Under the pieces are notes generated by a model. That model searched no databases. It saw only the letters and a list, made by a program, of their open reading frames with translations, and was not told where the DNA came from. The position numbers and the translations under genes were made by a program. A stretch of 64,000 nucleotides of DNA from Octopus sinensis (lineage: Eukaryota), in assembly GCF_006345805.1 (NCBI RefSeq), contig NC_043000.1, positions 135,656,001-135,720,000 on the forward strand, given 5' to 3'. Of this stretch, positions 51,411 to 64,000 are shown piece after piece. The first letter of the stretch is position 1. Each line of letters starts with the position of its first letter.

Positions 51411-53555
51411 TATTACTTCAGCCTATAATATATCACGAAGTAGGTGAGATTTACATTGTTCCTAACCTTCTTGAAAAATATACAAGAAAACTGAATTGGT
51501 TTATCTGGAATCAAATGTAGGATGATTAAAACTATATCCTAAACCACCGAATTCTTATCTCAGACATCCAAACAGGTCAACAACCTCTGCTCCAATCATT
51601 CGTTTCCTGTTGTTGATCTTACAATTTGTTTGTTGATTGCCAGGAATAACCAAAGAGGAAGTCAACACCAACAGGGTGTGAACCACAAATCTGTAGACTA
51701 TGAACCTACTTCCTTTTAATACTAATTCCGGTATACTTTGCTCATAATCCATCACGGGGACTCTCCCTTCAAGCTTTGGATCTATTTTTAGAAAGTTCTT
51801 ATTCCACTAATATTTTTTAAAAACAAAATATAGATATTTTGCTTAGCTTTCAAACTTTCGCTTGCATGGAAAATAACCGTTTATTTTTGGCTAAGTGTCA
51901 GAGGAGTTAGAGACGTAGATGATAATGATGTTTATTCTCAACACAAAGAAATTATCATGGTTATTGAAGAGACAATTAGTATCAGCTGTAGTCTGAAACT
52001 TCAGCATTGTCTCAAGTGAAAGGAAGCATGACTCTTTCTCTATATTGCTCGCCAAAATATTGCTGAGCCAACCTCTACGTTGTCGCTTAACCTGCAAGAA
52101 ACAGCATTAGATTTAACTGAATTCGTTTAATATCGTCAAAAATAGAAAAAATGAAGGCAACGTGAAATGATGCGGTCCATTTACATTATTCGTCAGAAGA
52201 AAATGGCGAGGTCAAAGAATTTCTCATTTAGTTTATATAACGAGATTGGGGATTGGTAAATGATGTGTCTTTGGTTTGAGAATTTGCTATTTGAAGTCAC
52301 CATACATGTATGTATGTATGTATGTATGTATGTATGTATGTATGTATTTATGTGTTTGCATTTGTCCCCCACCATCGCTTGACAACCGATGTTGGCGTGA
52401 TTACATCCCCTTAACATAGCGGTTCGGCAAAAGAGACCGATAGAATAAGTACTAGGCTTACAAAGAATCAGTCCTGGGGTCGATTTTTTCGACTAAAGGC
52501 GGCGCTATAGCATGACTGGCAGTCAAATAACTGAAACAAAAACAAGTTAAAGTATACAAGAATACACACACACACACACACACATACAACACACACACAC
52601 CACACACACACACACATATATATACATATATACATATATGATTCAAATCATTTATATATATATATATATATATATAAATATATATTATTATATATATATT
52701 TGACTGTATCTATGTCTGTGTGTACAAATACATTTTATAGAATAATCTAACCAGAGAAATCCTCGTACGCATACGCACAAGAATAATACAGGCTATATTT
52801 TTAAGTGCCTCTATTTTTAAGTGATTGTTACCATGTGCTTACGTACCCGTGTACGTGTACAAGTGTGTAAATGAATCACATACATATACACTTAAAGACA
52901 CACATCACACACACACACGCACATACACGCACATTCACACGTATATAATTCACATATATAAATAAGCACGTGTACACACACACATATATAAATGTGTGCG
53001 TGTACTGAAGAAGTGAATAATAAATGATCGCCCGCAGACGGATACATTGAATCATGACAATCCAAAGATTGTGTAGATTGTTTATCAAACGAACTGATAA
53101 AATAAATAAGTCACAATGAAAAAGATTTTCAAGATTATAGAATATCAGGGAAAAGTGAATATAATTATACATTGGTTCTATCCACAGAAGGTAGCGAATT
53201 ACCAAAATCTTTAGAGCATTTGATAGAATGCTTTGCGGATCTTTGCTCTCTAAGGTCAAATTTATTCTTTCCGGATCTATAAATATAAAATCATTTCATA
53301 GTGAAGTAATAACAGTCCGGTACTAAGGTAGTTGCTGCTCGCTGTTTACTTCTTTGTCTCTGGAATATACCTGTAACTAAAAGGTTGGCCATTCTTGATT
53401 GTAAACCGCTGGTTCGGCCTGAGAATTGTGTTAAAGATACACATGTTTGCGAAATATTCAGCTCTATTCACGTTAAATTTGCGATTAGTAGTTTAGAAGG
53501 TGGGCACCGAGTAACATCATGGACACCGAGTAACATCCACCATCACGTGTGTGTG

Positions 53556-53614
<59 letters not shown>

Positions 53615-53974
53615 CTGTAGGAGTTATTTATGTTTTTCCATTTGGAGAATTCAAGCTGGCCACTGACCAGATGGTAAAGTTATTTCGTTTAAGTCAAGAC
53701 AGGTGTTGGGGGGTTGTGGTCGTCTGAATCGGTTGATGTACGTTTGTGCTCATTGGTAACTTGTATTTGTGAGTTTCACTTTAGTATAAAGTGTTTGTGC
53801 TTTCACACTTTTTACACTTTAGTATACAAGTGCTTGAGCATCACTCTTCAGTGTGTGTATGTCTGCAAAAGCCTGGCTCAGGAAATTCACATGGAGTTGT
53901 TCCTCTGTATGTATATATAATATATGTATGTATGTATGTATGATCGACATACATACATTCATACATTTAAAATC

Positions 53975-54250
53975 AACTTGGACCCTTCTCACCAGATGAC
54001 ATCCATCTCGATCAAGTCTTCTCGCACAATCCTTTGCTACATCTTCACCGGCTCGCCTGTCTTTCTCCTTCCTCCTTCAACTGTCCACGCGACGGTTGTC
54101 CTTGCCAGTCTCTCCAACGGTAAGCACAATACATGTCCAAGCAGCTTCTTTTGTCTAGCTCTTATCGTGTCTTACATTTTACTTAGGCCGGTTCTTCTCA
54201 TAATTTCATTGTTTGTGATGTGGTCACCACAGCTTTATAAACTGTACAGT
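53975..54250 (-). mobile_element. RTE-clade LINE 3' fragment
   Basis: DHITNNEIMRRTGL..IRARQKKLLGHVLCLPLERLARTTVAWTVEGGRRKTGEP....IVREDL. Confidence 0.75.
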
Positions 54251-54393
54251 ATATATTTCTGCATAATTATCCCTTCTTGCGCGAAGGGTTTCGATCAGTT
54301 CACTAAAGGTGTCACTTAATCCACTCAATGGTGGTAATATTTTAAGAGCTCAACCACTTAGTGAGACAAAAAAAACTTTCAATAATTTTCAAT

Positions 54394-54556
54394 AGGCGTA
54401 GGAGTGGTTGTGTGGTAAGTAGTTTGCTTACGAACCATATGGTTCCGGGTTCAGTCCCACTGCGTGGCACCTTGGGCAAGTGTCTTCTATTATAGCCTCG
54501 GGTCGACCAAAGCCTTGTGAGTAGATTTGGTAGACGGAAACTGAAAGAAGCCCGTC

Positions 54557-54590
<34 letters not shown>

Positions 54591-54805
54591 GTATGTGTGT
54601 GTATATGTTTGTGTGTCTGTGTTCCCCCACAACATCGCTTGACAACCGATGCTGGTGTGTTTACGTCCCCGTAACTTAGCGGTTCGGCAAAGGGGACTGA
54701 TAGAATAAGCACTAGGCTTACAAAGAATAAGTCCTGGGATCGATTTGCTCGACTAAAACATGGCCACAGTCACATGACTGAAACAAGTAAAAGAGTAAAA
54801 GAGAG
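54394..54805 (+). mobile_element. SINE family B
   Basis: Complete copy; a further 3' half at 52340-52550. Confidence 0.85.
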
Positions 54806-56019
54806 AAAGAGCAATCACATACCATGGGGACTTTTTCTCCTTCACTTTAAAAAAAATGTTAAAAAACAATTTAAAAATATGAAAAGTAAAACACGCCAAG
54901 ATCGATTTTTATTGCTTATGGGTTATTGAGTTTAAAAAAAAGACGGACTGCAAATGTTACAGCAACACGTTGAGTAGCACAGTGTAATTAGGAGAAAGCG
55001 AAAGTAAAAATTGAAAGGTAGGAGAGGTGTATAGCGAGATGAGCTGAGAAAATGTCTTCATACAAAAAGTGAAATAAGATCAACACAAGAAAACAAATAA
55101 AATGCTGGTACTTAATTGACACAAATACTATAAATTGGTTTGATCTATGAACATTTTTTTTTAAATACCACGCTCTTTAGTTATCTATTCTATTTTCGTT
55201 ACACTGAATTATTTATTTATTTATTTTGCCTCTTTATTATTCCAAGACTTGGTTCTTAACTAAATATAAACACTGTCAACGTTACTACACAACTGTTGTC
55301 AGTTTAAAATCAAAATTTATTTTACAGCCTAAGAAATCTGCTGTTTCGATCCTATCAACTGGATTTTTATGTTCCTGCTTATAACAATGTATCCAGATTC
55401 TGTTACAGTATCAACGCGATACGAAACAATGTTTCTTATTCCAGCGTTTGAGGTGCCTATGTTATTGAAATACCATTAGATGCTTACAACAAACAACATT
55501 CCGTTGTATCAACTCGACAAAAAAAAAAGAAAAAACGTACACTTTTGTATTTCAAACACTGTACATTACCTCTGTTCTATCACTGGGTTGACATTATATC
55601 TACTTAGACAAACAAGCAGTAACATTGGATAAACCAATGGGCGGGAGAGGGGGGTCCTCTTTGGTTACCTAACCTGCCAGAAATAGCATTAAGTGGTGTA
55701 GTTTAAATTTAAAAAAAAGCAGGATGATAATGGCTGAAAATCCTTTGATTATTGGCCTAACCGATTAGAACTGACCTGGATTTAAACAATAGTAGCACAA
55801 GTTATTTTCTGCCAGTCGTTTGGGGTTCTTTATTATATCAACTCGTCAAGGGTTTCCTTTCCAACAATATTGATTGTCATTCTGTCAGCTTGATAGAATA
55901 TCAACTTAAATAACGAGTTAACACACACAAGGCCATAGTTAAAGATATATCGTAGGTTAAATTAAACGTGTGGGAATAAAAGTAAATTTGGCTCCTTACA
56001 GATCTGAATTCAAACAGAG

Positions 56020-56240
56020 AGAGAGAGGAGGAGGAGGAGGAGGTGGAAGAAGAGGAGACGGAGGAGGAGGGTGAAGAAGAGGAGGAGGAGGAGGAGGTGG
56101 AAGAAGCGGAGGAGGAGGTGGAAGAAGAGGAGGAGGTGGAAGAAGAGGAGGCGGAGGAGGAGGTGGAAGAAGAAGAGGCGGAGGAGGAGGTGGAAGAAGG
56201 GGAGGCGGGGAGGAGGAGGAGGGTAGGGGAGAGGGAGAGA
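56020..56240. repeat. (GAG/GAA)n purine triplet repeat
   Basis: Direct reading; poly-E/S/P ORFs. Confidence 0.9.
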
Positions 56241-56671
56241 GAGTGTGGACTGAATAATTCCCTGTAGTACTCTCTCCCTGTAATTTCCATTCCTCCATAA
56301 AGATGAATCCTCAGTCGAGTTTGGGATGAACATTAAAGTTTGCGAAGAAATAAGTTACTCATTAAATTAATGTAGCTGAGTATTCCGTAAACTCGTGTAT
56401 CTTTTACGTAATTCTCAGACAAAATCTGTGTGATACAATAAATAATCTACTCGACGGGCTTCATGCAATTTCCTTTTACCTAATTTTACTCAGTTTCTTG
56501 AAAACAGACACGATTCCCGAATCCCAGATCTCGATTATTATTAATGATAATAATGGTTTGAAGTTTTGGCACAGGGCCAGCAATTTTGAGGGGTGGGAGT
56601 AAGTCGATTGCATCGAGCCCAGTACACGACTGATACTTATAGATCCCGAAAGAATGAAAAGTTATTGATTC

Positions 56672-56722
<51 letters not shown>

Positions 56723-56752
56723 GATCCCGAAAGAATGAAAAGTTATTGATTC

Positions 56753-56806
<54 letters not shown>

Positions 56807-56818
56807 CATGATGATGAT

Positions 56819-57372
56819 AAATGCCCTGATGTAGTACCAGGCAGTGGCTCTTATGGCATCTTAACTGATTGGAAGTGTTATCATGTACATTGTTTTGTCT
56901 TGGTATAAAAGATGGGCTACAGCGAATATTCTGCTGAATACCACATATTAGCTAGTCAGTTGTTTGACCTTAACTAGTTGAGCATGTCCCTTAGTGGCTG
57001 ACGATATGTGCATCTCTGATCACGAACAGAAGTAGTGGGAGAGGAACATAACTATGTGTTGAGGGGAATTTGGTGGGGTTTGAATAATTCATCTCTGGAA
57101 ACATGGGTGTTTTTACCATCATCCTTAAACAAACCTTATTCAGGGACCTTTTGAGCGGGATTGGCTACTCGACCTGAAGAAAATTTTAACTGGGCCCCAC
57201 CTGCAAGGTCATGAGCTGTTTATCTTGATATAAGATCACCATGTCGCGCGCACATGGTTGTGATGCATGTGCCTAGTGTATCCTTATCAGACGAGTAGTC
57301 ATGATGGGTATAACGGGATTCGTATATTTATACTCCAGTGTTACTTTGATGGCATGCACTGCTCTCTCACTC
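56819..57372 (+). mobile_element. ~555-bp (AAT)n-embedded element, copy 2
   Basis: AAATGCCCTGATG...CTGCTCTCTCACTC then (AAT)n; homolog of 10104-10661. Confidence 0.85.
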
Positions 57373-57436
<64 letters not shown>

Positions 57437-57437
<1 letters not shown>

Positions 57438-57685
57438 TGATGGTTTCAATTTTTGGCACAGGGCCTGCAGTTTCTGAGGGTGGGAGAAGTCGAGTGCATC
57501 GATCCCAGAACTTGACTGACAATTATTTTCTCGGCCCCAAAAGGATGAAAAGCAATATCGACCTCGGTGAAATTTGTCTACCGATGCTCTCCCGATTCTG
57601 CCAATTCACATTTGAATTCAGAACGTAAAGCCGGAAGAAATACCACTAAACATTTTGTCCGGCGTGCCAACGATTCGGCCAGCTA
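57437..57685 (-). mobile_element. SINE family A variant, diverged; tail abuts the (AAT)n tract
   Basis: TCGACCTCGGTGAAATTTG, CAGAACGTAAAG, CGGCGTGCCAACGATTCGGCCAGCT. Confidence 0.7.
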
Positions 57686-58659
57686 ATAATAATTTTGACA
57701 TTATTCTGTTTCTAGGCTTTTAACTGTAATATATATAAATGTAGAGAAGGTCTAACCAATATGTCTGGCTTGATGATGAATGCAAAGATAGCGAGACGCC
57801 TGCCTGAATATGTAATCTCCGCCCTCCACCACAGACAATGACACAGAAACATTCGGGAATATTTTCTAGGTGAGAAAAAGTGGGTTGTGCCAATAGGAAA
57901 TTCGTACTCATCTTCATTCTATATACGAATTGGAAGCAAACTGGCCCCCGTTCAGAAACTATGATGTTGCGTGAGGTCTCCCTTGGGGAAATAAAGATCC
58001 CAAATGAAGTTTATTTTGACAACTCTTTAACCGAGAAACTTGCATATAATCTGGAACACACATCTACAAACATATTCGCACACACATATATCGAAATGTA
58101 AATATACATGTGTGTGTGTGTGTGTGTATTTATGTATATTTACACATATATATCTGTGTGTGTGTGTGTGTGAGTAAACATGCAAACATATATACGTCAT
58201 ATATACGTATGCATACATGCAAACACACAGACGTACATAGATATGAGCAGCTTCTAGCGTACACATTCGCAGCAACAGAAATACAAAATAACAAACGTTA
58301 TCATATAATTGACGGAAGAAGCGCGCACAAGAGCATGACACTCGGCAGTATACAATAAGAAAACTGGGCAACCAGTGAACTTTTGTCTGTGTGTGCGCAT
58401 TTGTATAAATAGAGAGATAAAGTGAAATGGCGTAAGAGATAGTGAAAGATGGACAGACAGATAGACAGACAGATAGAAGGGGGATATCTCGTACATATTC
58501 AATGATAACCCATCGGAATCGCGTGTAAAAGTCATCATCCACTTTTTAGAATAGCAAGATGAACTATTTATTGTCATAAACTTCTTTGTACTCTTTCAGT
58601 ATACAATAATACTGTAAAGTAAGACTGGACATTGCGAGTAGAGAATGAGAAAGACAGCA

Positions 58660-58995
58660 GTGGCGGTTGTGGTTCTAGTTGTGGTGGTGGTTGTGGTTGT
58701 GGTGGTGGTGGTTGTGGTGGTGGTGGTGGTGGTGGTGTGTGGTGGTGGTGGTGGTGTGTGTGGTGGTGGTGGTGGTGGTAGTGGTGGTGGGGTGTTGTAG
58801 TGGTGGTGCGGCGTTGTGGTTTGGTGGTGGTGGTGGTGGTGGTGGTGGTGGTGGCGGTTGTGGTGGTGGTGTGGTGGTGGTTGTGTGGTGTGGCAGCGGT
58901 GTGGTGGTGGTGGTGGTGGTGGTGGTGGTGTGTGGCGGTGTGGTGGTGGTGTGGTGGTGGTGGTGTTGTGGTGGTGGTGGTGTGGTGGTGGTTTG
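58660..58995. repeat. (GGT/TGT)n degenerate triplet repeat
   Basis: Direct reading; poly-H/T/P/W/V/G ORFs. Confidence 0.9.
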
Positions 58996-59179
58996 GGGCA
59001 ATAATAGTACATTTGTGGAAAATGAAGTACGCGGAAATTAACAAGAGTTTGGTAGTTCTGGCGCACAAATATTTCTTATAATTGATTGTCCGAGGAGTCA
59101 AGTAACAGCTAGGCGTACAATCAGGCGCACTGATACCATGTAGATGTAACAGCACACACGCATTCATACGCACATACAA

Positions 59180-59227
<48 letters not shown>

Positions 59228-59272
59228 TATTATATATATGCACGCGCGCGCACCACACATATACAAAATGAC

Positions 59273-59311
<39 letters not shown>

Positions 59312-60215
59312 AGCTAATATGTTTGTGTGTACTATATGCATGAGTTTAATGTTTATATATGTGTGTGTGTTTATACACACAAATACACACACACGCATAT
59401 ATATATATACATGCATACACATGCATATATATACATTCATATATATATATAATATATATAATATATAATATATATGTATATATACTCATATATGCACACG
59501 CATACACACATGCATACCAATGTGTATTTATCTGCTGTCATACAGATGGGAGAGGGTAGACGTAGGAAACGACTAATATAGGAAATGAGAGTAGCATAAA
59601 ACGAAAGTGGGTGGAAGGATGAGATGCTTATTACATTAGCCTTAGTGTCAAACAGGGAAAGAGCAAATGACTTTGAGGAAAATAAAAATGTGTTGGGTCA
59701 AAAACATTAGCATTATGCTGTTTGAAGCGGGACGGCTGAAAACAAGAACATTTTCCTGTAGGACTCGCAGTTTTGTGATAAAGAACTTCTGGAATTACGG
59801 GAATTATATGTTAACCTTTTAACGTCATGTATAAAATATCGTAGCATTTTCGATATATTCTTTACCGATCTTTGATGCGTCTCTAAGCTTGACAAACTTT
59901 GCGCACATCAGTAAATGTACCATTTGCTGTTCTACTAAAAACGATGTATTCTTAGTGCCTACATCGCTTGACAACCGTATCTTAACTGTTTGGTAGCTGG
60001 CTTTTAAAAAAATAATAAGTACTACGGTCAATTCATTCGACTAAAAATCTTTCAAGGCGGTGCCCCAGCATGGACTGCAGTCCAATATCTGAAACAAATA
60101 AAAGGAAAAAGATATGTATGTATGTATATATACACACACACATACGCATAGGAAGGTCTCTGTGCATGTGTATGTGTGTAATTAGAGACTTAGATTTAAT
60201 GAGAGATTGTTGTCT

Positions 60216-60498
60216 GTTCCTTTTCGAGCCACGCCTGGCTCATAGTGCCGGTTTCTCGGTTTACTTGGCGTATAGGTTCTCCACCTGGACGGGACGCCAG
60301 TCCGTCGCAGGTGAGCTGCTAGATGCGGGAGGAAAGAGTGAGAGAAAGTTGTGGCGAAAGATTCAGCAGAAGCTCGCCATCACCTTCTGCCGGAGCCGCG
60401 TGGAGCTTTGGTGTTTCACTCATAAACACTCACATCGCCCGGTCTGAGATTCGAACCCGCGAGTCCGCTGTTCTAACCACTAGGCCATGTGCTTCCAC
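60216..60498 (-). mobile_element. SINE family C head and body with family D-type tail (tail 2)
   Basis: Head and body match 21303-21686; the 3' 100 bp match 19706-19790. Confidence 0.8.
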
Positions 60499-60719
60499 AT
60501 AATGATAGATACTTATGTATATATCTAAATATTTTTCGTCAGTAACATATACGTCATGTGACACACACATACAACACACATACACACACACACACACATA
60601 CACACATGCACAGACACACAAAATACATCCCTGCGCACAGCCATATGCATGTATGTGTATGCCTGTGTGTGATTGTGACAGTGTATCTATAACTATCTGG
60701 TCGTCGACATGCATATCTG

Positions 60720-61060
60720 TTGTGTGTGAGTGTGTGTCTGCTTGTATGTGTATGCTGCATTTGTGTGTATGTGTGCCTCTGTGTGTGTGTATGTGCCTCT
60801 GTGTGTTTGTGTGCCGACCTGTATGTGTATGTCTGCCTCTATGTGTGTGTATGTATGTGCCACGGCCTGTGTGTGTATGTCTGCCTCTGTGTGTGTGTGT
60901 GTCGGCCTGTGTATGTCTGCATCTGTGGGTGTATGTGTGTGTGCGCGCGTGTATGTGTGCCTCAGTGTTTGTGTGTGTGTGTGTGTATGTGTGTGTGTGT
61001 ATGTATGCTTCACTGTGTGTGTATGTGTGTGTTCATATGGCAGTATACATACCCGTGTAC
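60720..61060. repeat. GT-rich minisatellite (GTGTGTATGTCTGCCTCT-like units)
   Basis: Direct reading. Confidence 0.75.
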
Positions 61061-61627
61061 ATATATGTCTTGAGTAAAAACCAAAGCACAGTCTCCTCTA
61101 CCCGTCCTATTGTATTCAACAGATATCATGGTAATATCAAATCAAGCGAATATAAACAATACACTCGACGATGATTCCTATCTCACAGATGTGACTACGA
61201 CAAATTGTCCCCTTATATATAACTATCTACATGGCATCTGTGCATGTTTACAAATTGCTTCCATTTTACTTTTGTCTTCTTTATGTTTCCTGTTATATAT
61301 ATATATATATATATATATTTTCTTGCCCTATCAAATAAACGAAGACTATAAAAGCCGAAATTAAAAAGTAATCTTCACAGATCAGAAAACTCAACTGACA
61401 CTACTTGTTATAATTGTTTGGAAGGGAAATAGACTCTGTAGCTTGTAAAACGGCCTAATATATCTGAGGTAAAACAGCACAGCTGTGGTCAGTCTCGCAT
61501 AACAAACGCGCTTGTATGTAAACATTGTGGCTCATAATTCAACAAGAGATATGGGAGGTCCGGTCCACGCGGCAACCATTTTATCGCCTGCTCTCTACTT
61601 GTTGCCGGCATTAAAAGTATTAAAGAT

Positions 61628-61691
<64 letters not shown>

Positions 61692-62063
61692 ATACGTACA
61701 TGTAGTTTTTAGAAAGATTGGAATGGCTTATAAGAAAATCATTTAAATAGGATGACAGTAAGAGATTAATGTCTAACTAATAATACATGTACATGCGGCG
61801 AAATGGGAAAGTCGGTACAGTAGCGGAGAGATGGCACCCGCAGTATGGGCATCTCGAATCTCGATCTAGTCACTTTAAATTCATCATTTCGAAGTCGATA
61901 AAAAAAAATCTAGGAATCCAGGTGGATATATACTATATATATATATACAAAAAGCAACTAAAGATTCAAGTCAATTTTAATGAATTACTTGAATATGGTA
62001 CCTAATTAGATGCACCAAAAAACTATACGGTTTTAAACCATACAGTAATGTGGGGTGATTAAA

Positions 62064-62470
62064 GCGAGACAGAAGCAACAAGAATGGATAAGTTTTTAGT
62101 ACAATCGTTTCATACAAAGAAAGGCTTTATTAAAAGTGCAAAAATTGCAGCATATAAACGTGTCCCGTACTCATCAGCAATACATGTGAGTTTCTCTAGA
62201 CATCTTAGTGGTTGAGGCTATACTCATGAAGTAATGTGATAATTAAGTAACATAAACAGATTTCCAAATCTGTTTATGTTACTTAATATCTACATTACTT
62301 CATGAGTATAGCCTCAACCATTAAGAGGTCTAGAGAACTCACATGTATTTTAGCTGATGAGTAGGTACGGGACACGTTATATGCTGCAATTTTTGCAACT
62401 TTTAATAAAGCCTTTTTGGTATGAAACGTTTGTACTAAAAACTTATCCATTCTTGTTGCTTCTTTCTCGC
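62064..62470. repeat. Long palindrome, ~200-bp arms, 2-nt centre
   Basis: Centre CAGATTT-CC-AAATCTG at 62257-62272; arms pair with scattered mismatches and indels. Confidence 0.9.
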
Positions 62471-62487
62471 GTATATATATATATATA

Positions 62488-62784
62488 GTGGAGGCGCAAT
62501 GGCCCAGTAGTTAGGGCAGCAGACTCGCGGTTACGATTCCCAGACCGGGTATTGTGAGTGTTTATTGAGCGAAAACACCTAAAGCTCCACGCGGCTCCGG
62601 GAGGGGGTGGTGACGATCCCTGCTGTACTCTTTCGCCACAACTTTCTCTCACTCTTTCTTCTGTTGGCCTGCTCGCTTAGCCAGCGGGGTGGCGTCACTT
62701 GAAGGTTAAAACAATGTGAAGCACATTGTGACCAATGATGTGTAGCACCGTCTGATAGCCTGGTCGGTCACGTGATCACGTGAT
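62488..62784 (+). mobile_element. SINE family C (tail 3)
   Basis: Same head and body; ends GCCTGGTCGGTCACGTGATCACGTGAT. Confidence 0.8.
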
Positions 62785-62785
62785 A

Positions 62786-62820
<35 letters not shown>

Positions 62821-62825
<5 letters not shown>

Positions 62826-63050
62826 AAAGAAAAATAGGATGCAAAGGATTTAGCAGTACATATGTTTCTGGCTTTATGGGACAGTTTATATCAATGCATA
62901 ATTGATGTAACATGTATGTCGATAGCCTTCTTCAGCCGCGCACAATTACCACACCAAAGACATGTAATACATGCATTGATATAAACTGTCCAATAAAGCC
63001 AGAAACATATGTACCGCTAAATCCTTTGCATCCTATTTTTCTTTTGATAA
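62821..63050. repeat. Inverted repeat, ~79-bp arms, ~70-nt spacer
   Basis: TATCAAAAGAAAAATAGGATGCAAAGG...ATCAATGCAT and its reverse complement with ~2 mismatches. Confidence 0.85.
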
Positions 63051-63249
63051 ATATACCCTATCACCTACACCACTAACTGGCATATACAGGTGCTTACAAT
63101 TTTATATGTATATATATATATATATCCTATCTGTGTTCGGTTTGTCCTTACACAGAGGCCATCCGGATTCCCGTTTGCGCCGTGAACAGGAATTAATCTT
63201 CTCTCTCGCTCTTATACGCCATTTGGTCTCAATCCTCCCCCTCCTCATC

Positions 63250-63761
63250 TAACCCCCTCATCCCACTCCTCACCTATCCTTTCTCCCCGACCCTTATTCT
63301 TCAGTCCTTATCCTTTCACCCTACTCCCCTTCCCTTCTTCCCTCTTTGCTCCCTCCCTCTTCCCCTTTTCCTCTGCTCCCTCTCTCCCCTTCCTTCTCCC
63401 CCATCCTCTCCTCGTCCCCTTCTCCTCCCCCTCTTCCCCCTCCCACCTCTCCCCCCATCTTCCCCCCTCTTCTCCTCACTACACCACATGACTTTACACA
63501 TCACATCACATATGATGTGCCATACTAATACACACACCAACTAATACATACTAATACGTACTAATACATACTAGTACATACTAATACTTACACCAACCTA
63601 TACATACACACGTCACGACCCCGCATACGCACTTATACTCTCTCACACACACACACACCTAAATACATACCAATACGTACTAATACATACTAATACATAC
63701 TAATACAACACAACCCCATACATACGCACGTCCAGACCAATCCTACGCACTAATACTCTCT

Positions 63762-63800
<39 letters not shown>

Positions 63801-63850
63801 ATACATACTAATACATACACCAACCCTATACATACACCACATGCAGACCC
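63250..63850. repeat. Polypyrimidine tract followed by TACTAATACA-type minisatellite and (CA)n
   Basis: Direct reading. Confidence 0.75.
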
Positions 63851-64000
63851 CTCCCATGCACTTTTAGCTGGTCCCTCAACCCTTTTATCAACCTATTATC
63901 TCCCCTTATTTCGCTCTCGCGTCTCATGTTTGATCTTTGACCTCTGGCCGAAATCAGATCGCCATGTTGATTCGTTAGCTACTGCACGCATTTTTTTTCT

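Noticed and set aside
51710-51781. Possible 72-nt in-frame minus-strand exon DPKLEGRVPVMDYEQSIPELVLKG with AG/GTAGGT borders
   Set aside because: Weak polypyrimidine tract, no recognisable homology and no partner exons; needs RNA-seq.
58574-59440. 288-aa His/Thr/Pro-rich ORF and similar poly-residue ORFs (56043, 37328, 28250, 60515)
   Set aside because: Simple-repeat translations.
61110-61364. ORF with an N-glycosylation-like N-terminus and a hydrophobic stretch (GPCR-like look)
   Set aside because: The hydrophobic part runs into T-rich and (TA)n sequence; no further helices or motifs.
62340-62385. CTGATGAG...GGGACACGT as a hammerhead
   Set aside because: The essential GAAA is GGGA in both arms, and stems I and II are not convincing.

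Overview
AT-rich, repeat-saturated animal genomic DNA, most likely octopus/cephalopod. This assignment is inferred from the tRNA-derived SINE families, including a CORE-type SINE, and the very high microsatellite load. I found no credible host protein-coding exon, rRNA, genuine tRNA gene or CRISPR array; nearly all listed ORFs are microsatellite read-throughs. Recognisable coding remnants are all decayed transposons: R4/Dong-like RLE retrotransposons (CCHC knuckle plus PD-D endonuclease), CR1-like and RTE LINE 3' ends, Tc1 and mariner transposases, and possible L1/Tx1 ORF1 and Penelope fragments. Non-autonomous elements include at least four SINE families, Helentron/DINE-1-like elements, hAT- and piggyBac-type MITEs and several long palindromes. 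There is one 100-N gap (30164-30263). Best leads: (1) a SINE that builds single-head tandem arrays and appears to insert into its own GGTATT motif; (2) a ~555-bp tRNA-less element found twice inside (AAT)n tracts, once next to R4/Dong-like fragments; (3) a SINE insertion carrying an inverted 140-bp copy of DNA from ~1 kb away inside its TSD; (4) several Penelope-type hammerhead ribozyme motifs.
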